Part shown: positions 43,431 through 57,125 of the stretch, in pieces
Layout: each line of letters begins with the position of its first letter
Numbering within the stretch: the first letter of the stretch is position 1
Source: the human T2T-CHM13v2.0 reference genome, Homo sapiens
NCBI RefSeq assembly: GCF_009914755.1
Contig: NC_060944.1
Length of the DNA stretch: 64,000 bases
Strand: one strand, 5' to 3'
The notes under the pieces: model-generated
Seen by the model: the letters and a program-made list of their open reading frames with translations, nothing else
The model's database searches: none
What the model was told of the DNA's origin: nothing
Made by a program: the position numbers and the translations under genes

Positions 43431-45267
43431 GGCTTAAAGAAAAGGAAGTAGGGCCTTTAGTTTGTGGCCTTTACCTGGACAAACAATTAATTCTATTTCC
43501 CCAAGTTATTTTTGTTCTGTACTGAGTTTTAATTATTGTGTCGTTGTTTTGCCCAAAGTTCATTTTCTAATGGTGTTCAATTAAGAAGTTATACAGTTTT
43601 AGAAGTTATGTGTGTGTGTGTGTTGTGTTTTTGTATGAAAATGGGGCTAACAGTTTGGAAACCAAGTTGCAAATGCTGCTGGAGTTAATCTTTTTTGTCA
43701 CTAAAAGATGACTCAGTTACCTAAAATTAGAACAATTTTTCCTGTTTGTGGTTTGGAATCCCAGCTCTTAATCAGTTTGCATCTTAGTTCCAAATTTGTA
43801 GCCATGGATAACTTCCATGAAACCACAGCTTTCTCTTGAAAGAGCAAAGAGCATGTAATATATTAATAGAGCTGTCAAGTTTGAAATGCTACATCTCAGA
43901 AAGTACTTTATGTGCAGACTAAAATCTGCAAACAATCTCAGAGCCTAAAAACAGATTGCATAAGCTGTTGCTTGATCTCTGTGAGAGGCAATTAGTAGTG
44001 AGTATGCTTGTTGAACTCATGTGGTCTGGGTTTGACTTCAAGACCAGGTAGGTCCTCCCTGACCTGTGATTCAGAATAAGCTCTAACACCTGTCTTATTT
44101 CAGTTTCCTCATTTGTAAATACAACAGTGTCTCGTCTACCTCATGGGCTGTGTGTCTATTTAATGAGATACAAATTTGTGAAAGCTTAGAGCACAGCACT
44201 TGCCAGTAGTAGGTGCTCAGTGATTTTTTTTTTTTTTTGGTCTTTTACCTCCCTTTCCTTTTGGTCTGTCAAAAAGATAGTATTTGTCCAGTCTAGTTGA
44301 TGAGGTTATTGGGAGCAGAACTAAAGTGATAGAGATAAAAATCTATTAAAAAGCCAAGAGAATATAACCTTGTGTGATTATAAATAATAAAAATTTAAAA
44401 ATAGAGTTTGAAAATAAAAATACATACTTTTTATAGCAAATGTATTCAAATAGTGAAGGAGTAAGAATAAACAGGTTTGGCTTTTACCTTATAGACCCAT
44501 AAAATGATTATATTTTTACAGAGATTTGTTAATTTATGCTCATTTTTTTAAATTTAAAATTTTTGTGGGTACATCGTAGGTGTATATATATTTATGTATG
44601 CTCATTCTTATAAGCCTATTTTCTCCATAAGTTCCTAGTATCTCTATGCACACATTCTCTACCTGTACCATATTCTGAGATTTATAATATAACGACATGT
44701 AGGGTTGAAATTGGAACAGTAACAATAACAAATCTGTCCTGGTGAAATGCTGGTCATTGGGAAATACAACCACCAGAGGCAGAGCAATGTAGGATAACTT
44801 TCTGGTTTCATAAGACGTTCTGAAAGCCTACATGATATAGACCAGCTGCCAGATGATTGATTTGGTTTTGGCCTCCCCATTCTATAATTTCAAGTCACCA
44901 GGCAGAGCTGCTTCTGATCCTCATCTGCTCTTCAGTGTCTTAAACACTGATGGGCAGGAAACGCCTGGGTGTGCCTAGCTCAGAAGCTGAGGGCAGGGAG
45001 CCTCTGCCCTCCTGAGCCTGGGGCTGCTGGGGTGGAAAGGCTGGAGCAGTAAGCTCTGTCTCAGGACACCACATGTGCCAGCCATGTTCTAAAGTCAGGA
45101 CTTGGGAACTGCGTGGGTGCTGGGGAGGTTGTCTCACCTGTGAAAGAGGGAGACTGAACTCCTTCCTTCTGTGGGGATTGGTGTGCTGGGCCCTGGGAAA
45201 TCTCTATTAATATTGCTTCCCTTTGGTTCTTTTCATTTAGGTAGTTTATGTGGTGGTGAATACTAAA

Positions 45268-45567
45268 CTTTCTTTTCTTTCTTTTTTTGTTTTTTGACAC
45301 AGTCTCTTTGTCACCGAGGCTGGAGTGTAGTGGTGTGACCTCGGCTCATTGCAACCTCCACCTCCCCGGGTTCAAGTGATTCTCCTGCCTCAGCCTCCTG
45401 CGAGTAGCTGGGATTACAGGCGCATGCCACCATGCCCAACTAACTTTTTGTATTTTTAGTAGAGATGGGGTTTCACCATGTCGGCCAGGCTGGTCTTGAA
45501 CTCCTGACCTCAGGTGATTTGCCTCCCAAAGTGCTGGGATTGTAGGTGTGAACCACCGCGTCCGGTC
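45268..45567 (-). mobile_element. Alu
   Basis: Antisense Alu consensus. Confidence 0.9.
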
Positions 45568-46381
45568 CTATTTTCTTTTAAATTAAACTAAATGATATTC
45601 ATTATTGCTCTTCCACTTTTATGCTTGTTCATTCTTTTAAATATTTTCTATTAATAAGTTAACTTTTGAATAGCCTTCTTGGGGGAATGCAGAGATCTTG
45701 CTGTTGGATTCATTTTTCTCTTTCCTGCATTCATTTTTTATTTGTTATGTTTTGATGGATGAAATTTTGTCTATAGTTTATGGTCTTCATAATGTATTAC
45801 ATATTTTGTCTTTCACTTTATTATGCTACCTTGGATTTTTTATTGATCTTCTCATCCACTCATCTGCCCCCTTTGTTTTAAACCTGAGTTTGTCTGTATT
45901 TCCCCTCTCAGTGGCTTTGGCAGCTGGGACACAGTTGTGAACTGTTTCAGGTATCTCATTCTTGAAACTTAGCTTTTTGCCTTCGATGAGAAAATGAAAC
46001 TGGCCCAGCTTTGAATATGGTAATTCCTGTTCTGCCTTCATGGTCCCGGGGGATGGGTTTTCTTTTCGAGCGTGGAGATGAAAAGTTGTCCCTGGTTAGT
46101 GTGCCCTTTGTTTAGGAACAGGGTGAATCTTGTCATTTCTTTTACTTTCCTTTTTGCTTTGGCCACCAAATTTAGAGCTGAATTTGTGGCTCAACTTGAA
46201 TAATTTTGGCATATCTATGTTTAACATTTTCTCATTGGCTTTGATCTTTTGAAATTTTTTCTGTAATTTTTTGGATCTTGATCCGTAACATTTTTATGTG
46301 ATTTTGTTTTTCATTGTGTATGTTCTTATAAGTTGCCCCAAGACCATTATAGAATGAAGTGAGATACATAAGTTAATAATT

Positions 46382-46708
<327 letters not shown>

Positions 46709-46846
46709 CTAATAACTTGTCTCTTTTCATTTTTCATTGTGTTCACATACTATTTAAAATATAAATGACCTTTAGATTTTCCATAGTATGTGCGCTGTGC
46801 AGTAATTTCTATGTCTCTATTTTCAGCATGATCTTTCTTCCCAAAG

Positions 46847-46951
46847 GTTGCAGGGAGAGTAGCTGAAGAAAGGGGTGCAGTGCTGGGCCACGAGGTGGGC
46901 TACTGCATCCGCTTTGATGACTGCACCGACCAGCTGGCCACGAGAATTAAG
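46847..46951 (+). CDS. DHX35: DHX35 exon 5
   Basis: cccaaag|GTT...AAG|gtaaag; 105 nt; VAGRVAEERGAVLGHEVGYCIRFDDCTDQLATRIK. Confidence 0.95.
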
Positions 46952-47024
46952 GTAAAGTGCTCAAGCTGCTTTTCCTAGTGGAAATAAGGAAGAAGGTTAT
47001 TTTGGGAGAATTAAAAACATGTAG

Positions 47025-47445
<421 letters not shown>

Positions 47446-48536
47446 GACACAGGGCTCTTTCAAAGAGTCCTGCAATCTTATCCCAGAAAGGAGCTTGGAA
47501 GTCAGGTTTAGTCCTTGATTCCAAAGATGAAGAGGTTAAGGGCTTGGAAGGTTGAATGACTTGCCTGATATTATATGCCAATCAGTGATAGGACCAAGAC
47601 TCAAAGCTGTCTTTTCTTATGTGTATTTTATTGTATTTTCACTGACTCAAATAGCAATCGAAATATAGAAACAAGCCTGTAAAAGGCTTAAAAATAGAGT
47701 AGTATAAGTTGATGAAGTGTAGAATTCATGAATGTTGTTTCACTAATTAGTACTTTTCCATTTTCATATGAAAATGGATTTTACATGTGTGTTCTTTGGC
47801 CTTGTTGCTAATGTTAAAATAATTAGTATCAATAGTAATCAGTGTATAATCAACTCAACAGGGTGTGTACTACCTACCACCGTGCTAGAATCAAAGTCTA
47901 ATCAGACAGTGCAATAAAACAGTGAATGAAAATAATCTGATGAAATGAAAATTGATTATTAGAATCTCAGTTACCTCTTAATTTGCAACAGAGGAAAATT
48001 GAAAATCAGATGAGCTGAATGACCAATGTAGTGATTTGTAAAAATGTAGACCTTATTTTCCAGATTGCCATATTTTGTTATATTCATTTTGCTAGGTGAA
48101 GGGAATATTTTTCTGTACCATCAAATATATTTGAACTAGCTAATTTTCAGTGGTTTGCATAACCATGAAAACCTTTGAGCCGTCCATAAAAACCTTTTGT
48201 ATTCCATTTGGTCACAATTTCAAGGTGCTCAGTTCTCGACTGGTGATTTGTCATTGGTGGAAGTTCTCACTACGTATGTATGTGGCAGCTAGTACCAGGT
48301 CCAAGAAAAATATGATGGCAATGCATCCTGCTCTTAAAACAAAAAAAGTAAAAAACACCTAAGATACAGCATGCAAGGGAGATGGTTTAACCTGAAAACA
48401 AATTCAGTACGTTAAGAAGGCTGTTACTGTATGTGTCTGAAGCATTTTATAAAGATTCATTAATCTGAAATAATATTAGCTGACTTTTCTTAAACACTAC
48501 TCTGTCCTAGGTCCTATGCTAAACGCTTTACATGTA

Positions 48537-48849
48537 CAGTCAGTCCTCTGCATCCTGCGGGTTCTGCATCTGTGGATTCAACCAACCTTGAATTGCTAAT
48601 ATTACAAAATAAAAATAAAAAATAATGTAAATTTAAAAAAATACAGTATAACAACTATTTACATAACATTTACATTGTTTTAGTCATTCTAAATAATCTA
48701 GAGATGATTTAAAATATATGGGAGGGTATGCATAGGTTACATGCAAATACTATGCCATCTTATATAATGGACTTGAGCATCTGCAGATTTTGGTGTGGGT
48801 TGGGGGGGTTTCTAGAACCAACCCCACAAGGATACCGAGGAACTACTAT
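48537..48849. mobile_element. MER2-like Tigger DNA transposon within a MIR
   Basis: cagtcagtcctctgcatc...ggattcaaccaac...taatctagagatgatttaaa...ggataccgagg; flanks read as MIR. Confidence 0.7.
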
Positions 48850-49486
48850 ACTATCTTATTTATTTTTCACATTAACTTGGTGAGGTAAATACTTTGATTA
48901 CCTCATTTTACAAATGAGCAATCAGGGACAGAGAAGATGAGTAACTTGTCCAAGGTTCACACAGCTTAGTAAGAGGTAGAGCCAGGATCTGAACTCCCAG
49001 CAGTCTGACACCATAGCCCATGTGCTTAACCATGATCCTATCTAGAGTCTGTAAAATAATATTAATTGAAGTTTAAGTTAATAACCTCAAGAACTGCAAT
49101 CTATAGTCTTTGGGACATTTGAAGAGCAATTATCTTACACTTAGGGTGTTTCTTTGGGCAGATACCAGTTAGTCTTCACTGCCTCTTTATCGATAGTACT
49201 GGTGGTGCAAGCCCAGAGGAAATGGGGCATAGCTGATGTTCCCATAATAAAGGCAAGTGAAATTCTGCTCAAAGATTTGCAACTCCAGCTGAGGACCCTG
49301 TGTTTAAAGCCTTTTGTGAACAATTACATTGCTTGATAACGAAAATATGGGGGCATTTTCTCACAGTCCTTTGTGGGAATTTACTTGTACACATGCTGGC
49401 AAAGAGGTTGCACTTGAACTTAAAAAATACCATTAATATGTAGTGTAAGTGAATTATTTCTAAAGCTTTGTGTTTTTATTTTTTAG

Positions 49487-49548
49487 TTTCTTACTGATGG
49501 AATGCTGGTCAGGGAAATGATGGTTGATCCGTTGTTAACAAAATATAG
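49487..49548 (+). CDS. DHX35: DHX35 exon 6 (motif Ib)
   Basis: ttttag|TTT...AG|gtaaat; 62 nt; FLTDGMLVREMMVDPLLTKY(S). Confidence 0.95.
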
Positions 49549-50388
49549 GTAAATGTGTTTTTCTTATGATAGCTTTCCTAGTTTCCAAAGTCCCCAGGTA
49601 GACGGAGAAGCAGGTGTGTTAGTAGCTGGGATTCACGTCTGTGTTCAGCTGCCCCAAAGCTTTTCTCTTGACCTTGGCTGTTGGGACCCTTGGTGTTTTT
49701 CTCAGAATTTAAATAGTATGGCCCTTTACAGACACTCAAAAATGGGCACATTAAAATTCCTATCATTACTTAGTCTGGTGACTTGTCCTTTTTATTTTGC
49801 CTTGTCACACTCCAGTATTGATGGTGACTGCAGAGAACTAACTGCCCTGTGTTAAATGTAATATACAGAGTCCAAATAATTTTTTATCACTTCCCCCTCT
49901 TTGTCTATCTGTCTGTCACTCACAGCATTAAAGCTGTCCTACCTAGGCTCTGGTGTTCTCGAGGAGAGTGTCACATTTGACCCCCTGGCCCACGTGTGTC
50001 ACAACTGTAGTCAGCTACCTCTTTGACTGTTGTTATAGCTTAACAGTCTTCAGATGGTTGGGCTTTGTTCTGATTTTTATGTGTTCTGTGGGGTTATAGG
50101 TTGGTTATGTTTTCATTTAAAATCAGATATTAAATTCTGTTGGAATTCAGTGTGGATGGTAAAACGCTTAAAGATAACAATAGTACACTTTTTAAAATTC
50201 AGGTATGTTAATGTCACCGTTTTTATTAACCTAAGAATTGCCTCATTGTCAAAGAAGAGTGACTTAGGTTTACTTTTCATGCAAAGTGATTGTATGAGGA
50301 CTAAATACCCAGAAGCTCTTTGATGGTCTAGATGAGATGATGTGTGGCTTTTTTAGAGGCTCACTGAGAGCTTCTCTTTGATTCTTAG

Positions 50389-50458
50389 TGTCATCATGCT
50401 GGATGAAGCCCACGAGAGGACCTTGTACACTGACATTGCCATTGGCTTGCTAAAAAAG
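50389..50458 (+). CDS. DHX35: DHX35 exon 7 (motif II, DEAH)
   Basis: ttcttag|T...AAG|gtatga; 70 nt; VIMLDEAHERTLYTDIAIGLLKK. Confidence 0.97.
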
Positions 50459-50637
50459 GTATGACTTCACTGCCAGCTTTTCATTGTGTGTGTTTATTTT
50501 ATTGCCTAATTACAAAAGCAACTGTAGCAACTTGGAAAGTACAACAAAATACCAAGGAAGAAAATTAAAGTCATCCATAATCCTACCCATTCAGAGAATA
50601 TCAGTGGTAGAATGTTGGTATATTTTCTTCTCTTTTC

Positions 50638-50672
50638 TGTGTGTGTGTGTGTGTGTGAGTGAGTGTGTGTGT
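50638..50672. repeat. (GT)n microsatellite, interrupted
   Basis: tgtgtgtgtgtgtgtgtgtgagtgagtgtgtgtgt. Confidence 0.85.
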
Positions 50673-51260
50673 ACTTGGATCTGTTTTGGCATACTAGGGA
50701 TTGATTGAATTATATATACTAATTTGTATCTTGCATATTTCCCTTAACATTACATTAGGATCATTTTTCTGTGTCATTTAAATATTCTCTGAAGATATTA
50801 TTTTTAATGGCTATTTAATCACATCTCTATCATAAAGTATTTAACTTCCCCTACTGTTAGCAATTTATATGGCTTGCAGATTTTAAATATTATAAATACT
50901 GTTGTAGCAAGCACCCTTGTAATTGAATCTGCTGCATTTCTGTTTATTTTCTTTAACTTTTTATTATTAAGGTTTCATACATATCCCAAAGAAGTGTATA
51001 ATGACCCCCATGTACCCTTCATCTGGCTTCAACAATTACAACTCACAGCCAATCTTGTTTCAATCTTAACCTCCACTCTCTCCTCCCTTCCCATATTTTC
51101 TGATTGTTTTCTTTGGACAGATTCCCAATTAGAGTCTAGAAAGAAGTGGTAGAACAGGGTGATTAAGAGCATAGGCATTGAGTCAGACTACCTGGGTTCA
51201 AATTCTGGCTTTGCTGAGTTTACTCATCTCTAAAATGGGGAAAATAGTAGTCTCTATATC

Positions 51261-51845
51261 TGTGCTGGTATACTTTCCTTTATGGTAGCCACTGGCCACC
51301 TGTAGCTATTGAGATAAAAGTTAATTAAAATAGAAGAAAGTAAAAAAATTCAGGTTCTCAGTCACGTTGGCTATTTTTCTTTTCTTCTCTCTTTTTTATC
51401 TTTTTTTGAGACGGAGTTTTGCCCTTGTTGCCCAGGCGGGAATACAATGGCGTGATCTTGGCTCACCGCAACCTCTGCCTCCCAGGTTCAAGCGATTCTT
51501 CTGCCTCAGCCTTCCCGAGTAGCTGGGATTACAGGCATTTGCCACCATGCCTGGCTAATTTTGTATTTTTAGTAGAGATGGGGTTTGGTTCCTCCATGTT
51601 AGTCAGGCTGGTCTTGAACTCCCAACCTCAGGTGATCTGCCTGCCTCGGCCTCCCAAAGTGTTGGGATTACAGGCGTGAGCCACTGTGCCCGGCCACATT
51701 GGCTATTTTTCTTTTCTTTTTTTTTTTTTTTTCACGTTGGCTATTTTTCAAGGGCTCTATAGCCACAGGTGGCTAGTGGCTTATGCATCGGACAGTACAA
51801 ATAAGGAAAGTTTTCATCATTGCAGAGAGTTCTTTTAGACATAGG
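51261..51845 (-). mobile_element. MER3-like hAT element interrupted by an Alu (~51380-51694, -)
   Basis: atggtagccactggccac...gccacaggtggctagtggc...ggacagtaca; antisense Alu inside. Confidence 0.75.
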
Positions 51846-52854
51846 TACTGTATATTGTGATTTGTTATGAAGCTTAAGTAAGATAGCAAAAAACTTTTAG
51901 GTTGGTGCCTGGCATAGGGTCACAGCTAGACTGTGAGGTTCTTTTGTGCAAATTAGAAAAAGATGTTCCCTCTGGGAGGATGTCTAGAGCTAGGTGGGAG
52001 GCAGGTGGACTGGATTGCTGAAGCCCCTAGCCCCCTCAGCCAGGCATCTTTGCACAGTGGGTACACTGTGTACCTGTATGCAGGGCCTCTGGGCTAGCAC
52101 ATAAGTTAGTCTGTATTAGTTGTTATTATTATTATTTTCATTGTTATTTTATTCCATTGCCAAAGATTTAGATTTTTTGATACTTTAAGGGAATTATTGT
52201 ACCATGTTATTACCTTTTTCAGGAACGGTATAATAAGAGGGCCGATTTCACTGAATCTTTGCCAACACTGAGTATTAGCCTTAAAAAAATAAATCCTTGC
52301 CAATGGGATAGATGGGGAAAAAAAAATCTCATTGTTATTATATATCTTAGCTGTAGCTCATTTGGTCACTTCTCCAATGCCTGTTGATTATGTGTTTCTT
52401 TGAGTAACTGTTAATATCTTTTATCTCTTTTTTTTTTGCCATATTTCTGTCTTGGTGTTATCATTTATTGTTTGTTTGCTTTTAATATACTTTTTCATAC
52501 ATAGATTCAAACTATCTTGAGACCCAGGTGTCAGGAAAAAATGGTTTTATTCTCAGTAAATTCAAATTTGGGTCTTAAAGCTTCTTTATAGTTTTTATAA
52601 TTTAAAAAAATTTACTTTGGAAAATTGCATACATTTACAAAATTGGAAGTAATAGTGTAATGACCCCCCCCCCCCCCCTTATTGACAATTATTAATTTGT
52701 AGTCAGTCCTTTCATCTGTAAGCTCCCTTACCTCCTCCTCAGGCAAAAAAGAAAAAAAAAGACACTGAATTTTTGAAATACATTTCAGATATCAAATGAT
52801 CTCATCCATAAGTGTTGCACTATTATCATTATTTCCAAATGTCTTCTTTTTTAG

Positions 52855-52914
52855 ATTCAGAAAAAGCGAGGGGATCTTCGATTGATTGTAGCTTCAGCCA
52901 CTCTGGATGCAGAC
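52855..52914 (+). CDS. DHX35: DHX35 exon 8 (motif III, SAT)
   Basis: ttttag|ATT...GAC|gtaaga; 60 nt; IQKKRGDLRLIVASATLDAD. Confidence 0.95.
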
Positions 52915-53221
52915 GTAAGAGCCTTGCCTCCCCTTTCCTCCTCTCCTCACAAACACTTTTGTCCTATATATCCTTGGGAAGTTACCTCTAGCAAGAGCTT
53001 ATCTTTGGCAGAATGCCCTATCTTCTTTATGGGACCATCTGATGTCCTAGATTTCATATAATCAGAGGTTACTCCTTTTCAGCTTGTGAAATTAGACTGT
53101 AATTAATTGAGCTCATAATTACCTACCTGTCTTGTTTATCTACATACTGTCTTTCTCCCCACTTACACAGCTTCTTTTTGTTGTTTTTTCAGTATAAGCC
53201 TGTATTTCTTGAATTTGTTTA

Positions 53222-53572
<351 letters not shown>

Positions 53573-55009
53573 GTTTCTCCTGTATATATAATAATTTCCA
53601 TGTTAAAGTTTTCTGTGGCTAGGTTTACATTATTTTTCTCTCTTGTGGACCTATAGTTTAAACAGCAGCTCAACTCAACAAATACTTTTGACCACTTACT
53701 ATATTTACATGCAGAAATAGATGTTTGCAGTTCAGTGTGTTCAAAGTTCTGAGGCAGCTAAGGAGGGAGCCCTTAACTCCAGCCAGCTGGGGGGTGTCCA
53801 GAAACTTTCGCAGAGGTGGTGACCTACCAGCTGTGCTTGAAAGATGGACAGCCGTTTTCCAGATGGATGAAGGTGGGGAAGGGCACCCTAAATATAAGTG
53901 AAATCACAGGGACATGACCATGAGTTCATGGAGCTTCGAGTCTTATCTTACCTGCCAGGCCCTCATGGGTGAATTACCCTTGAACTCCCTCTCTGACTTT
54001 ATCTTCTTCCACTTTCTCCAGTGCTCCCTACATTTCAGCCTCACTGGTCTCCTTGCTGTTCCTCAAAACAACCCAGGCATGCTTCTGCTCTGGAGGAACC
54101 CTCTTTTTAGACCATTCCTTCCCCGGACAGCCTAAGGTTCTCTCCTAATTTCATTCCAGTTTTGAGCATTTATTATCTCCTCAGAGAGGCGCTCTCTAAA
54201 ACAGCACCCCAGTTGCTCTTTATTCCCTTATTCTGATTTTTTTTATGTTTCTCACTTGTCTATCACTATTTAACATTATATGCATTGTTTATTGTGTGTC
54301 TCCTGTCACTAAAATATAAGCTCCATGAAGATCAGGACTTTGTCTTATTTTATCTCTTCCACCTAAAACAATGTCTAGCACAGAGTAGGCACTTGGGTTG
54401 AATGACTTTTGACTGACTGGGAAGTAATGGAAGATTAAAATGGGGAGGTTGGGGTCAGATGACGGAAAGCCTTAGAGGCTCAGCCAGAGAGGATGAACTC
54501 CATCCTGTATCTGGTTGGGAGCCATGGGAACATGTGAGAGAGGGCAGTGACTTCATCATGTTTGAGCTCTATAAAGATCATTCTGAGTGCTGTGTATAGG
54601 AGATGAGAGTAGATATGGAGTCTCTAGTAAGGAGGCCAGTTCTGAAATCCAGGTGAGATGTGGTCCCTGGCTCCTGGCTCCTAGTCTCCCTGTGGCTTCT
54701 GGGATACAGAACAACTTGGAGAGAGAGAAAGCTTACCATAGCGAAGGTAAATGTCCAATGTGTCCCGAGACTGGTTTCTCAGACCTTTCCACAGGCTGTA
54801 GGAGTCTGTTGTTTTAGGTCTGCCCATGGTAACTTTTGGGTTAAAGCTCCTCTGTTGCCCTGTTTAATTGTCATCTCCCTCACCCATGGTATCTGCTGGC
54901 ATGCTATTTTGTGGACTGTGGCTGACTTCACCTCTAGTTAGCTCCTCTGTGGCTACATTACACAGAACATCTGTATCTCTTTTTCACCCCCCACCTTAAA
55001 AATTATTAA

Positions 55010-55429
<420 letters not shown>

Positions 55430-56827
55430 TAATTGTTCACAATTGCCTTTTATTGTCTTGGTGGAACACAGAGATGAAAAAAATAGCTTCTTTCAGTTCT
55501 GTCTATGGTAGTTGATATAGATGACTTTCTGGAAGCAATTTTGTAAGCGGGAAGACAGCATGTAGGAACTTTGTCATGCCTTGCTCTGCTGTGGTACGGG
55601 ACATGCTGGACCTCTGGTAAGCTGGGCCATTCCTTCTTATCCTGTCCTTGCTGCTCAGCCAGTGCCTCCTGTGTGAGGGGAACGGTGGTTTCTAAGTGTC
55701 TGTGAATGGGGGATCTGTGTGTGTGAGTCATCTCTGTGTGGGTTGTGGGTCCGTGTGTGAGGGGCCTACGTGAGGTATGGGATGTGAGTTCGTATGTGAG
55801 TGAAAGAAAGAAAGAGGATATAAGTGGGCGAAAGAGGGCAAGAATGAGGACTATGTGGGAGTGGCAGGGGGGTTGGGTGTGGCTTAGGAAACATTTTGAT
55901 CTAGAGGCGTAGGGAAGTCCAGAACTCATCCCCTGCCCCCCAGCGGCTGGGTCTGTGGGTGACAGACTAATTTCAAACCTCCTAGAGCTAGGGCTGCTGA
56001 TAGGCCACCTGCCGTGGTTTCTCTCAGGGACTGGGGTGGCCCAGCCTGCAGACAAAGACAGCAGTGGCTGCAGCCGGGAGGCAGAGACCTGCAGAGCATG
56101 ATGGGGCTGATCGAATAGCTGCTTTGGTTGCTTTATCTGCTTTCTTAATGTAAGCCCAATTAAACGAACAATTATATAACATGACTGGATATAATTATGA
56201 AGTATTTATTGATCCTGTATCACGTGATGATATTGCTTTTCTTTTATTTGCGTCCAACTGCATGGCAGAATATATGGTTGCTGGTAGCTCCCATAGTTTT
56301 TTTGTCATAAGTCCAGCTACTTGAAGAGAGACTAATTTCTCTTTCCAGGTTCTTAGAGAAGGAACTTAGCATCAGCTGGGGTCAGGTCCCCACCCTGGAC
56401 CAGTCTACATGGGCCAAGGCTGTTGGCCAATCATGGGTGTGTTGGGTAGACATAGCTGCTTATCGGCCACTCCAGTGGGTTAGGAAGGAGCAGGTACCAG
56501 GGAAGGAGCCTATGGTGAGCTAGAAGACAACCCTGCAGATGGCCATATCATTTACATTCCATTTCATAGACTGTCCCCTGCCTTTTTATGATGTATGCTT
56601 CTTACCATGTCTGTATGTCAATGTGACCCCACCTCTTTCAAACCTGACTCAAACTCTTCTTTTCTGGGTGTGTTGAACTTATTTTACTCTTCTTGTTCCT
56701 TGATTCTGCCTCAAGATTCTTGCATTGTTGGTACTATATTTATTTACTTTTTTATGTATTTTGTATTTCCAAATAAAGATACAAGATAAAGATCTTAAAG
56801 GTCTTGTGCCTTCTCAGTAAATGCTGA

Positions 56828-57125
<298 letters not shown>

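Noticed and set aside
55450-56055. 201-aa minus-strand ORF
   Set aside because: Non-ATG start, low-complexity His/Thr/Pro content from GT-rich sequence, no homology recognised
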